Shown: positions 1-9,478, numbered from the stretch's first letter. The stretch is 64,000 nt of DNA from Bacteroidota bacterium (GCA_016720655.1 JADKKE010000032.1:182383-246382); one strand, 5' to 3'. Numbers and translations: made by a program. The notes: generated from the letters alone by a model not told the origin.

Positions 1-1
1 G

Positions 2-763
2 CCTACCATATTCGATAAACTCAATGAAGCAGGGAAATCCAGGACTGATCTGGCACTTTGCATTATTGTTCAAACGCGTGGCTCTACTCCCCGGGAGACC
101 GGAGCCAAAATGCTTGTTTATACTGATGGAAGTATTTCAGGAAGCATTGGAGGCGGAGAACTGGAAAAAAGTGTGATTACACAAGCTCTTGGTGTTTTGA
201 AAACCGCTAAGGCTGCAATTTTCCGTCACGATCTCTTGCATCAGCACAACATGTGTTGCGGAGGAAGTGTGGATGTATACATCGAACCTGTTATGAAAAA
301 GAAACGTCTGTATATTTTTGGTGCCGGACATACCGGTCATGCACTGGCGAAACTAGCTATCGAATTGGATTTTGAAATTTACATCATTGACGATCGAAAA
401 GATTATCTCGATCCGATTGTTATCGATGGAGTTAGCAAAATGCATTTGCATTATGCACAGGCATTGCCACTTTTGCCCTTCGACGATCAAACATACATCA
501 CCATCATGACTTACAGTCATCCCTACGATCGCGACATCCTTGCGTTCTGTTTAAAGAAATCACATGCTTATCTTGGAATGATCGGCAGTCAGCGCAAAGT
601 GGAGATGACAAAAAAAATGTTTGAAGAAGGAAAAATTGCATCTGCATCCGAACTCGATGCAGTAGATATGCCGATGGGAATTCAAATAGGAGCAGAGACG
701 CCGGAGGAAATTGCAGTGAGTATACTTGCGAAATTGATTTCAGTCAAGAATCAGTGGTTGTGA
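2..763 (+). CDS. xdhC: Xanthine dehydrogenase accessory factor, XdhC/CoxI family (5' partial; N-terminus lies upstream of the window)
   Basis: The reading frame is open from base 2: ...VQTRGSTPRETGAKMLVYTDGSISGSIGGGELE, then GGSVDVYIEP and a Rossmann-like IFGAGHTGHALAKLA motif, both typical of XdhC. No start codon is present inside the window, and the rest of the purine cluster lies nearby. Confidence 0.75.
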   Translation, partial: PTIFDKLNEAGKSRTDLALCIIVQTRGSTPRETGAKMLVYTDGSISGSIGGGELEKSVITQALGVLKTAKAAIFRHDLLHQHNMCCGGSVDVYIEPVMKKKRLYIFGAGHTGHALAKLAIELDFEIYIIDDRKDYLDPIVIDGVSKMHLHYAQALPLLPFDDQTYITIMTYSHPYDRDILAFCLKKSHAYLGMIGSQRKVEMTKKMFEEGKIASASELDAVDMPMGIQIGAETPEEIAVSILAKLISVKNQWL

Positions 764-773
764 TTAACTGAAA

Positions 774-974
774 TTTGGTTATTTGGTTATTTGGTTATTA
801 TGTTATTAAGTTATTGAGTTATTTAGACATTCCTTAGAATGGATATTGAGTTTATTAATTAACAGATTCTCTTGCCTAATAACCTAATAACAAAATAGCT
901 CCATAGCTCAATAACTTAATATTGAAAACAATTGCTCTTCCAACCCAAGCCGCCAGTCCAATAACCTAATAATG
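774..974. repeat. Intergenic heptamer tandem-repeat arrays. GGTTATT/AGTTATT run on the left (774-826) and the inverse complement AATAACC/AATAACT on the right (876-974), forming an imperfect long inverted repeat between the convergent xdhC and esterase genes
   Basis: Direct reading: ttggttatttggttatttggttattatgttattaagttattgagttatt, then cctaataacctaataac ... tcaataacttaat ... ccaataacctaataatg. Confidence 0.85.
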
Positions 975-1020
975 TTGTGGCAATGCGGTATTATCGGCTG
1001 CCCTTTTGTTTTTCAAAGTA

Positions 1021-2319
1021 TTATTTTTTAATTACTGGAATTGCTCTTTGAGTAATATTTACAAAAATTATTGCATCAAAATTATCTTTTGGTCTGATAC
1101 CCGATAGATGTTTTGGTTTTGTTAAAAAAACAGCACCGTACTCGTACATTTTTTGGAATCTTTTGTAAATTGGATTGGAAGAATTTCGTAAGTCAACAAA
1201 AAAAGAACTGAAATTAGTTTTAAAAAAATCGTCAGCAAGTTTGTGTTTTCGGTTAGCATCAACATGAAATTCTTGTAGTTTGTTGTCTTTAATAGCTTGA
1301 AAATTCCCTTCTTTAAAAACGAAACCGATGTTGTAATAATCCATATCAAAAAAACCATACAGGTATTCTCCCATACTTTTATAAACAGGAATTTTCATCG
1401 TTCTTAAATATGGAACTTTCGCAATATGTCCATTGTGTGCCCACACAAAAACCTTTGTATTTTCAAGTTCGGAAATCCATTTTATATTTTGAGCCATACA
1501 ACTGTCTCTAATATTTGGATTCGGGTTTTGAGTCATTGAAATTTGAAATAACAATAAAGTCTGTTTTAGGTTTTCAATGTTGTATTTTGCAATTAGATAT
1601 TTTTGCTTTCCACTTTTTTCGATATACAAATGTTCATTCTCTGTAAACCATGTGTCTAGAAAAGTAATTGATTGATTTATTTCTAAATCTATTTTCGAAT
1701 TTTCGCCAACCTTATCAATATTTGAAAAGTAGCTAGCAGTGCTATCATTGAGAATAGAAATTCCTTTTTTAAAGATATTGATGTTTACGCTGTCAACAGC
1801 AGTAACATAATCAGTTAAAGAATTACTCGCGCCCTTGAATGACTGGCAATCGAAGCCATAAAACTTTAATTTGTCGTTTTCAGCTTTTTGTGTATTGTAT
1901 TGTTTTATCCATTCAATAAGATCTCTTAATTCTTCTGTGTCCCAAGTCCAGAATTCCATTCCTTTCATTGCGCTTAAAACATCACCCTTACCATACAATA
2001 CATAGTCGTTTATTTTCAATGTCCCACCATAAGTCGCTTCTATGGAAAAGACTTTGTAACCACAATAGGTTGCAAGGAATTTAAACATTTTAGCTTTCAT
2101 GTTAAAAAACTCCTTTGTACCGTGTGTTGCTTCGCCCATTCCAATAACTTTTTTCTCCTTGAAGAATTTTTCAAGTGGAATTAATTCATCGATGTTTTGA
2201 GTTTCATTTGGATGAAGTGAATAGATTGTATCGCTGTGCCCTTTGATTTGAACTACAACTTGTGAAAAGCATTGACAAGAAATAAAAGCAAGAAATAAAA
2301 TGAAGAATAAAAATTTCAT
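1021..2319 (-). CDS. Erythromycin esterase (Ere/ChaN-like) family protein with signal peptide
   Basis: GMGEATHGTKEFF motif of PF05139-type esterases. The N-terminus is hydrophobic (MKFLFFILFLAFISCQ). The ORF extends to 2388, but the likely start is the internal Met at 2319. Confidence 0.55.
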   Translation of the reverse strand: MKFLFFILFLAFISCQCFSQVVVQIKGHSDTIYSLHPNETQNIDELIPLEKFFKEKKVIGMGEATHGTKEFFNMKAKMFKFLATYCGYKVFSIEATYGGTLKINDYVLYGKGDVLSAMKGMEFWTWDTEELRDLIEWIKQYNTQKAENDKLKFYGFDCQSFKGASNSLTDYVTAVDSVNINIFKKGISILNDSTASYFSNIDKVGENSKIDLEINQSITFLDTWFTENEHLYIEKSGKQKYLIAKYNIENLKQTLLLFQISMTQNPNPNIRDSCMAQNIKWISELENTKVFVWAHNGHIAKVPYLRTMKIPVYKSMGEYLYGFFDMDYYNIGFVFKEGNFQAIKDNKLQEFHVDANRKHKLADDFFKTNFSSFFVDLRNSSNPIYKRFQKMYEYGAVFLTKPKHLSGIRPKDNFDAIIFVNITQRAIPVIKK

Positions 2320-2385
2320 TAGTTGAATTTCTTTCTTTAAGATAATTGAATAAATAGAATGAAAGTGAATAGCGATAAAGGTACC

Positions 2386-2434
2386 CAATAACCTAATAAC
2401 TCAATAACTCAATAACTCAATAACCTAATAACTA
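2386..2434. repeat. AATAACY heptamer tandem array (about 7 copies), upstream of the esterase-like gene
   Basis: cccaataacctaataactcaataactcaataactcaataacctaataact. This is the same unit as at 876-974 in the same orientation, and the complement of the array at 774-826. Confidence 0.85.
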
Positions 2435-3859
2435 TTTCCTCCGTCCTTTAAGGATTCGATAAAACGACCTACTCTGAATTTCTTCCAGAGTCAGTCCGGT
2501 TACAAGTGCTTCTTCTTCCGTTATTGCTCCTGAATTCATGGCACGAAGGAAATAATTTAAAAGTCCTTGTCCGGTTGCGGCATCGTCGAAAATATCTCCG
2601 GAGAGAGTGGCTTGTGCCGCTTTGTTCACGAAATGGAAAAGTCGTGCCGCTGCATCTTCATAACTTTCGAGAAAGAAAGTATAGACAGCAGCGTAACGCA
2701 TCGGTAACTGCGCAGGATTAAGATCCCATCCCTGGTAAAAACCGTTGCGTAAAGAATGCATGGAATGTCCATAGCAGAGTTTCCATGCACGGTGAACGAT
2801 CATTTCATTTTCCTCTTGTTGTGCTAGCGTGAGCGCATCACCTTTGTGTGGACCGATCGGCATTACATTCGTTGCTCCGTCACTCAGAAAAATTCCTGTT
2901 CCTGCAAGCGCAACTTTCGTCATGTGATGAGCGAAATCACAAACCGGATGATCCATGGTTTGATATTTTGCAGTGATATTACAGGATGCTGTATAATCAT
3001 AAGTCCCAAAATGTGCAGCAACACAACGACCATTTCCAGCCATGATCAGGGAACGAAGTGGATTGATACCATCTTTGTCCATGATGGCTTGGGTTGCTTC
3101 CACCATCATTTCCATTTTCAAAATGCCGGGTGCAAGATTAAATTCTTGCTCAATAATTTCAAAAAGAGAAACAAGCGCCTGCATTTGTTCAGGGATAGTT
3201 ACTTTAGGTAACATCACCACGAAGTTCTCAGGTATTTTCCCTCCGGTTTGCTCCAATAATGTACTGAGAAAAATGTCCAGAGTTCGAATCCCTCTTTGTT
3301 TCAAATCTTCTGTGAAGGGCTTAATACGAATTCCAATGAAAGGAGAAATGGTTTTTTCTTTCATTCCTTTTGCGAGTTCCATAGCAGCAGTGACAGCTGT
3401 TGCATCTTCCTCTTCATCGGGACGATTCCCAAATCCATCTTCAAAATCAATACGAAAATCTTCAACAGCTTCGCGTTCAAGTTTTGCAATAATTTTTTTG
3501 TAAACAGTATAGGACAGCCAGGCCGGATGTTTTTTTCTTTCAGCTTCGCTCATTTTATCCAAAGTCGCAGTCAAAGCAGAAATTTTTACAGCTTCTGTTG
3601 GTAAAGTTTCATAACCTGTCAGTTCAAGCACGCGTGCAAGTACAGTAAAATCCGGAGCATAAGACTTCAAACTGCGCAAAGCAATATCTCCCATTCTTTT
3701 GGTCGAATCGGACTTAAAAAGATTCGCTCCGCCATAGACCGTGTGCACAGGTTGTCTGTCAGGTCGATCACCGGGATATGTTTTTTGAAAAACTAAATTC
3801 GCTGCCTGAAGATCGTTGAGTATTTTTTCTTTGGCTGTATTCGGGATGGAGGTTTTCAT
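2432..3859 (-). CDS. HpcH/HpaI-CitE (citrate-lyase beta / malyl-CoA lyase-like) TIM-barrel family protein, function unknown
   Basis: A D-x-E-D metal-binding-like motif (RIDFEDGFG) and an MEMMVEATQAIMDKDGINPL...AGNGRCVAAHFGTYDYTAS stretch resemble the HpcH/CitE fold. The assignment is by motif only. Confidence 0.3.
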   Translation of the reverse strand: MKTSIPNTAKEKILNDLQAANLVFQKTYPGDRPDRQPVHTVYGGANLFKSDSTKRMGDIALRSLKSYAPDFTVLARVLELTGYETLPTEAVKISALTATLDKMSEAERKKHPAWLSYTVYKKIIAKLEREAVEDFRIDFEDGFGNRPDEEEDATAVTAAMELAKGMKEKTISPFIGIRIKPFTEDLKQRGIRTLDIFLSTLLEQTGGKIPENFVVMLPKVTIPEQMQALVSLFEIIEQEFNLAPGILKMEMMVEATQAIMDKDGINPLRSLIMAGNGRCVAAHFGTYDYTASCNITAKYQTMDHPVCDFAHHMTKVALAGTGIFLSDGATNVMPIGPHKGDALTLAQQEENEMIVHRAWKLCYGHSMHSLRNGFYQGWDLNPAQLPMRYAAVYTFFLESYEDAAARLFHFVNKAAQATLSGDIFDDAATGQGLLNYFLRAMNSGAITEEEALVTGLTLEEIQSRSFYRILKGRRK

Positions 3860-3890
3860 TGAGGATGTTTAAAATCTTGTAGTAATCTTG

Positions 3891-3950
3891 CCTGGTACTT
3901 GGTACCTAAGACCTGGTACCAAGTATTAGGTATCAAGTACCAGGTGTCAA
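3891..3950. repeat. Palindromic low-complexity intergenic repeat (ggtacc / gtattaggtat / aagtaccaggt motifs)
   Basis: cctggtacttggtacctaagacctggtaccaagtattaggtatcaagtaccaggtgtc. It shares the gtattaggtatNaagtaccaggt core with the 176-bp repeats at 42685-43240. Confidence 0.8.
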
Positions 3951-3967
3951 ATCTAAGCAAATAGTTA

Positions 3968-4678
3968 TTATCTGATTAAAGAATATCCTTTCAGAAAATC
4001 CAAAAAGGCTTGACTATTTAATAACTTATAATCCTGTTCCATTCCGGGATGGGTCATGAGTTCGATGGAGTCTCCGTTGATTGTTGGATTTACAACCATA
4101 AATTTTTCCAGTCGGGCGAAATTTGGAATGTGGTTCAGTGGATTACTATGTTTTTTGAAATAGTTATTTAGTAAAGAGCGATACACTTGTTTGTGAAAAG
4201 CACTGGGATAAAGCACATTTCCCGCGACACGGATGCGAACTCCACCGAATTTTTTGGCGAGGCGCACAACAATTTTTGCAACGGGCCAATTGGTATGTTT
4301 GTGATGATGTAAATCGATGTGATGCAAAGCAATTCCGGAATTGATCAGTTTTTGAATTTGTGCATCCAGTTCTTGTTCGAGAATTTCGAGATATTTTTTA
4401 TCTGCTGTTAATCGTCCGCCGGGATAGAAAAGTTTTTTATCGCCATAAGCAGTGCGAAATGCATCCGAAACTGGTTTCCCACCATCGAGGTCAAGATGTA
4501 TTCCAAGTTTTGGTTCCAGACTTTGTCTTTTATACCATTGAACAGCTTCTTCAAAACCCGGCATTGTCACCATGACAGAAGTAGAGGAGATCAGTCCTTT
4601 TTCATAACAATCCGTGATCCTCTCGTTGGTGAGTGAATCTATTCCAAGATCGTCGGCGATGATGAGAATTTTTGTCAT
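3968..4678 (-). CDS. ChbG/HpnK (YdjC) family carbohydrate deacetylase
   Basis: N-terminal IIADDLGIDSLTNERI, an HLDLDGG motif and a paired-His motif match the YdjC-like fold. A 4-bp overlap (ATGA) with the upstream DltD-like gene suggests co-transcription. Confidence 0.55.
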   Translation of the reverse strand: MTKILIIADDLGIDSLTNERITDCYEKGLISSTSVMVTMPGFEEAVQWYKRQSLEPKLGIHLDLDGGKPVSDAFRTAYGDKKLFYPGGRLTADKKYLEILEQELDAQIQKLINSGIALHHIDLHHHKHTNWPVAKIVVRLAKKFGGVRIRVAGNVLYPSAFHKQVYRSLLNNYFKKHSNPLNHIPNFARLEKFMVVNPTINGDSIELMTHPGMEQDYKLLNSQAFLDFLKGYSLIR

Positions 4679-5763
4679 GGCTTATTGACGTCCGGCCGGG
4701 AATTACTTAGAACAAGTTTATTAAATTCTCTCGCAAGATATTTTGTATACAAAACAGCACCTTGTTCATTGAGATGTGTTTCATCGGAAGCATTTTCTAC
4801 TGCATACAAATCCGGATATTTCCTGGAATCAGCGATTTCAATTCTGTAGCGTGGATCGATATTATAGAAGACGGTTAGAATTTCTTTGTACTGCCGTGGA
4901 TCAGCCCTTGGATTCATTACGAATACAGGATAAATTCCGTTGGCAAGCAGATTCTGAATGGTAGAATTGATCTGATCAAGATAAACATGATTGTAATTCC
5001 GAATGAGCTCCGGATTTTTCTCCAGTTCTTCAAATGCTTGAGCTGAATTTATTTTCCGTGTTGTCAAACCACTCGTGTCATTCAGGAAATGAGCAAGTCC
5101 GGCATCTTCATGGGCTTCTTTCCCACTGTAACCAGCATATGTGTTGTCCATTCTAGCGATGGAATCTGTTACCATTGTTTGCCTTTTGTGATAATCATTG
5201 CGGTCGCTGATGGATCCTGCATTGAGTAAATGATCGATGTAACCAATAGTATGCGAAGAAAGAGCAGCGACTTTTACAGTTGGGGGAGAAGGGGAAGAAA
5301 GAATAGAAGCGATTGTGAATTTGAAATCGGACCAATTGTACCAATAGATCGCCCGTGCTGTATGCATGTTCTGGTAATCGATGATTTTTATTTTCGAGAG
5401 TTCGATGAAAATGTAACGTGTACCTTCTGTGTTTTCTTTGAGCACATGATCGAGCATGTAATACACTTCCGGGAAACCCATCCAATCAACACCGTAATTG
5501 AATGAATGAATGGCTAAAGTCGAATCTGTGTTCTCATTGAATACCTGAGGAACAAATCCCCGGCGCGTTGAACTGGATCCAATGAAGAGCAAATTGAATT
5601 GTGCCGGATGGGTTCGTAAATATTCCCGCTTCAAATGCAATGCATCAAAGCTATAGGACCAGGGCATTTCTCTTTCCGGTGAACGCAGGATTTTTCTCAC
5701 CGGGATGCTGAGTGCCAGTGCAAGTAGTGCAAAAAGAAATAATTTCAGGATCAGCTTTGCCAT
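4675..5763 (-). CDS. DltD/AlgX-like SGNH-fold protein with signal or anchor peptide, partner of the MBOAT
   Basis: N-terminal hydrophobic segment, LLFIGSSSTRRG (block-I-like Ser) and C-terminal DETHLNEQGA (DxxH block). It lies immediately downstream of the MBOAT, as dltD does in dlt operons. Confidence 0.45.
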   Translation of the reverse strand: MAKLILKLFLFALLALALSIPVRKILRSPEREMPWSYSFDALHLKREYLRTHPAQFNLLFIGSSSTRRGFVPQVFNENTDSTLAIHSFNYGVDWMGFPEVYYMLDHVLKENTEGTRYIFIELSKIKIIDYQNMHTARAIYWYNWSDFKFTIASILSSPSPPTVKVAALSSHTIGYIDHLLNAGSISDRNDYHKRQTMVTDSIARMDNTYAGYSGKEAHEDAGLAHFLNDTSGLTTRKINSAQAFEELEKNPELIRNYNHVYLDQINSTIQNLLANGIYPVFVMNPRADPRQYKEILTVFYNIDPRYRIEIADSRKYPDLYAVENASDETHLNEQGAVLYTKYLAREFNKLVLSNSRPDVNKP

Positions 5764-5766
5764 CGT

Positions 5767-7194
5767 CTAAAATTGAGCATAGATAAATCCTTTTCCTCCG
5801 AGGATGCCGAGGTTGAGAATGACGAGTGCAATGATTCCATAAACAGACCAGCGAATAAATGCGGGCTTACTTGTTAGTGCCTGACTGAAATTAATTTTTG
5901 GTTGATAGAATTGTAAAATTAAAAGCAACAACACGCCGCAACATGCCAGTATAAATTCAAATGGATCCAAACCAAGACTATAAAAAGAGACTAGTTTGGA
6001 TTGGTCAAGGAGATGTGTGATCACATACCAGCCTTCGCTTACTGTATTTGCTCTAACAAATGTGAAGCTTAGCAGTGTGAAAATGAACGTGATCGTCATG
6101 GTCAGGTATTTCGCTGAAAGCGGAGACATTTTCTTGAAAAATTTCTTTCTCCACTTTGCAGTTCTCAATTCATAACCCATGGCCAGACCATTAATTAAAC
6201 CCCAGGTCATAAATGTCCAGCCGACTCCGTGCCATAAGCCACTGAGGAAAAATGTAATGAAGATTGCGAAGACCATTCCCCAGTTTCCAAGATTCCTCCA
6301 TTGCAATGAAATGGGATTGTAAACATATTCATACAGCCAGGTAGACAATGAAATATGCCAGCGTTTCCAGAAGTCAGTTACCGAAGTTGCTGCAAATGGA
6401 CGATTGAAATTCTGCATGATTTCAATTCCAAGGATTTGTGAAACACCCAATGCGATGTCCATATATCCTGAAAAATCAGCATAGAGTTGCACCATGTAAA
6501 ACAAACCGGCGACCAGGAGAATGATTCCACTGTATTGTCCTGTATGATCATACACCTGACTTACGACAATTGAAAGCCTGTCGGCAATCACCAGTTTTTT
6601 AATTAATCCCCATGCAATTAATTTCAATCCGGAAACAACTCTATTGTAGTCAAACTTTTTACTCTCATACAATTGAGGAAAAATATTTCTTGGTCGGTCA
6701 ACCGGTCCCTGGATGAGTTTTGGGAAATACAGAAAATAGGTTGTGAAGACGAGAAAGTTTTTTTCTGCAGGTTCCATTTCTCGTTGGATATCTACGTTGT
6801 ATCCTATCGCCTGAAGAATGAAATAAGACAAACCAACAGGGACTAACAAATGAAGCACCGGAAGCGGATTGTGAATCCCTATACCGTTTAGAAATGAAGA
6901 AAATTCAAGGTTAAAGAAGTTGTAATATTTGAAAATAAACAATGCTCCGAGGTTGACAAGACAGCTCAGCAACAACACTGCATTTTTTCTAAGTGTTTTT
7001 TCAATCCAGATTCCGGTAAAGTAATTGCAGATGATCAGCGCAGAAAGAATTCCCAGCCCTTTAAGACTGTAAAAAGCACAAAAGACAATGGAACCAAGGA
7101 GTAACCACCAAAGCTGCAATTTTCCTTTCATCCTGAAATAAACGAGAGCAAAAAGTGTGAAGAAAACCAGAAATGTAAAGGAATTGAATACCAT
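5767..7194 (-). CDS. MBOAT family O-acyltransferase (DltB/AlgI-like)
   Basis: Multi-pass membrane protein carrying the conserved FWRRWHISLSTWL...YNP motif with the catalytic His of DltB/AlgI. Confidence 0.8.
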   Translation of the reverse strand: MVFNSFTFLVFFTLFALVYFRMKGKLQLWWLLLGSIVFCAFYSLKGLGILSALIICNYFTGIWIEKTLRKNAVLLLSCLVNLGALFIFKYYNFFNLEFSSFLNGIGIHNPLPVLHLLVPVGLSYFILQAIGYNVDIQREMEPAEKNFLVFTTYFLYFPKLIQGPVDRPRNIFPQLYESKKFDYNRVVSGLKLIAWGLIKKLVIADRLSIVVSQVYDHTGQYSGIILLVAGLFYMVQLYADFSGYMDIALGVSQILGIEIMQNFNRPFAATSVTDFWKRWHISLSTWLYEYVYNPISLQWRNLGNWGMVFAIFITFFLSGLWHGVGWTFMTWGLINGLAMGYELRTAKWRKKFFKKMSPLSAKYLTMTITFIFTLLSFTFVRANTVSEGWYVITHLLDQSKLVSFYSLGLDPFEFILACCGVLLLLILQFYQPKINFSQALTSKPAFIRWSVYGIIALVILNLGILGGKGFIYAQF

Positions 7195-7205
7195 TCTGAG
7201 ATTTA

Positions 7206-7454
7206 CTAAACCGAATGAAGTTTAGAGTGAATCATGTTAACCATGTCGCCGACATTTTTGAAACTCAAGACTTCTTTCAGTTTAAATTTTACATTGAAAT
7301 GTTTTTCCACTTCCACGATCATGGATGTATGCGTAAGCGAATCCCATCCATCAACATCGTTGGCAGTTGTATCCATTTGCAATATCACCGCATCATTCTC
7401 AAATATTTTTTTAAAAATAATAGTCAACTGATTCAAAATTTCGTTCTTATCCAT
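7206..7454 (-). CDS. Acyl/D-alanyl carrier protein (DltC-like, 82 aa)
   Basis: Small acidic protein with a DGWDSLTHTSMIVEVE phosphopantetheine-attachment motif (DSL). It sits between the adenylating enzyme and the MBOAT. Confidence 0.65.
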   Translation of the reverse strand: MDKNEILNQLTIIFKKIFENDAVILQMDTTANDVDGWDSLTHTSMIVEVEKHFNVKFKLKEVLSFKNVGDMVNMIHSKLHSV

Positions 7455-7456
7455 TT

Positions 7457-7492
7457 CTAATTTCTAATTTATAACTCATAACTCATAACTCA
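7457..7492. repeat. ATAACTC heptamer tandem repeat in the dltC-dltA intergenic spacer
   Basis: tttctaatttataactcataactcataactcactt. Confidence 0.8.
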
Positions 7493-7493
7493 C

Positions 7494-8987
7494 TTACAAA
7501 CCCGCTTGCTGCATCAACACTTTCCGATCTGTTTTTCCATTTGAATTCAAAGGGAAAACTCCAGTTCCAATAATTTTGGCAGGCAACATATAACCCGGAA
7601 TCGTGTCTTTCAGATGTTGCATCAAAGCACTGGTATTTTCTGAATAATTTTCAATAAACAAATAAATCTGCCACACGGTAGCTTCATTTTGTTTTGCAAT
7701 GGCGACGACTGCATGTGTTTTTACAAATTCTCTTGCATGCATTTCGATTTCACCAAGTTCAACACGAAACCCCTGGATCTTCACTTGAAAATCAATCCGT
7801 CCACTATAACTGATATCTCCATCTTTATCCGCAAAACAAAGATCACCTGTTCGGTAATACCGTTTCGAGCGATAGATGAAGAATGCTTCTTTATTTTTTT
7901 GTTCGTTTTTCCAATATCCCGGAGTCACTTGTCTGCCATGCAAACAAAGTTCGCCTTTTTCCATTGCATCAGCGGGTTTTCCTTCATCATTAAAAATTTC
8001 CGCTTTCATATGATTCATCTCTTGTCCAATGCAAAGAATTCCGTTCAGAGATTTATTTCCACCTTCCCGATTGATGGGATATGTTGTGCAAAATATTGTT
8101 GCTTCTGTTGGTCCGTACACGTTCAGTAATTCAGCATTTGGAATACACTTTGCCCATTCCAATGTGACATCTTCATACAACGCTTCTCCACAGAACAAAG
8201 AGTATTTCATTTTCTCCAAATGAATTTCTCCGAAGTAAGGACGCAAATGCGTAATGATGGATGGAACAAGCAGAGCAAAAGTAATTTCATGTTCTTCCAT
8301 CAGCTGATAAACCTGCATGTATTTTATTCCCTCAAAAGGAACTGTATATACACAAGCACCAATACACAGAGGAGCCATATAACTCATGATCGACAAATCA
8401 AATGTCATGTCGAACATTTGAATGAATCGATCACCTGATTCGATATCAAAACCCAAATCAAAGAATGCACTAAGGAAGGATTCAAGATTTTCAATAGTCA
8501 ATGGCACACCTTTGGGTACGCCGGTGCTTCCGGAAGTAAATAATATGTAAGCATTACGATCCGGCTCCTGTTCAATAAATGCAGGAACGGAACTTGTATC
8601 TGCAGGCAGATTCGTTTTTATCACCATTGTTGACGTGGAGGAAAAAGCATCCGCTTCTTCTTCCATTTTGCTGCTCAACAACACACGAATTTCCGCTTGT
8701 TCAAGGATGGATTCATTCCTGGATTTCGGATGCAATGGATTTATCGGAACGAATGTGTGTCCACTAAAAAGGATTGCAAACACTGAAGCATACGTTTGCA
8801 AGTCATCGTATGTCAAAATTCCGATGTTGCAATTTCCTTCAAGGCCTTTGGATTGAATCTGCTGTTGGATGTTGGCAATACAAGCTCCCAATTCTGCATA
8901 CGAATAATGAGTTCCGGCAATGCAAAAAGCCGGCTTCTCCCGTTCAACCAAAATGTTACGCAGGATTTCCTCCAGAGGATGATTCAT
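7494..8987 (-). CDS. AMP-binding adenylation enzyme (DltA-like carrier-protein ligase)
   Basis: LFTSGSTGVPKGV (A3 core), YGPTE, YRTGD and C-terminal GKTDRKVL motifs. At 497 aa it is stand-alone adenylation-domain size. Confidence 0.8.
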   Translation of the reverse strand: MNHPLEEILRNILVEREKPAFCIAGTHYSYAELGACIANIQQQIQSKGLEGNCNIGILTYDDLQTYASVFAILFSGHTFVPINPLHPKSRNESILEQAEIRVLLSSKMEEEADAFSSTSTMVIKTNLPADTSSVPAFIEQEPDRNAYILFTSGSTGVPKGVPLTIENLESFLSAFFDLGFDIESGDRFIQMFDMTFDLSIMSYMAPLCIGACVYTVPFEGIKYMQVYQLMEEHEITFALLVPSIITHLRPYFGEIHLEKMKYSLFCGEALYEDVTLEWAKCIPNAELLNVYGPTEATIFCTTYPINREGGNKSLNGILCIGQEMNHMKAEIFNDEGKPADAMEKGELCLHGRQVTPGYWKNEQKNKEAFFIYRSKRYYRTGDLCFADKDGDISYSGRIDFQVKIQGFRVELGEIEMHAREFVKTHAVVAIAKQNEATVWQIYLFIENYSENTSALMQHLKDTIPGYMLPAKIIGTGVFPLNSNGKTDRKVLMQQAGL

Positions 8988-9136
8988 ATCCCTGCAATAC
9001 GTTCAAAAAAGGGCATTGTTTCGCAGGAAAGGAAGAAAATAGCAGGAAAATTGACTTAAAAGATGCTGGATTCAGAGCTTAAGGGAAGAAAGACTCGATT
9101 TGGCTCCAAATCTATTTCTATTCTGAATGAAACCAA

Positions 9137-9478
9137 TCAACTTCCCCGATACGTTGTAAATCCATATGGACTCAGCAACAGTGGAATGTGATAATGTTTG
9201 CCATCAGAAATTTCAAAAACCAATTGAACATATGGGTAAAACCCTTTCAGTTTTTGTCGGGAAAAATAGTCGGCTGTCTCAAAAGTCATTCGGTAAATTC
9301 CGGGTGAAAGGATCACATCTGTTTTGAGTAAATCAGAAACGCGACCGTCCGCATTTGTAACTCCATTGCCTAGTGCAATCCATTCATTCAACCCCGAAAT
9401 GGTTTCAAATGTAACTTTGATTCCTTGTGCCGGACTTCCTTTTGAAGTGTCCAATACATGTGTAGTAATCTGACTCAT
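9137..9478 (-). CDS. uraH: 5-hydroxyisourate hydrolase (transthyretin-like)
   Basis: 113 aa with the HVLD... motif and the C-terminal YRGS signature. Located within the purine-catabolic cluster. Confidence 0.9.
   Translation of the reverse strand: MSQITTHVLDTSKGSPAQGIKVTFETISGLNEWIALGNGVTNADGRVSDLLKTDVILSPGIYRMTFETADYFSRQKLKGFYPYVQLVFEISDGKHYHIPLLLSPYGFTTYRGS

Noticed and set aside
2846-3604. Three plus-strand ORFs (121-153 aa) inside the CitE/HpcH-like gene
   Set aside because: They are antisense to a continuous 475-aa ORF with recognisable motifs. Their products are Ser/Cys-rich with low complexity.
7689-8438. Plus-strand ORFs within the DltA-like gene
   Set aside because: They are antisense to the adenylation-domain gene and have no motifs. 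They are rejected as non-coding.
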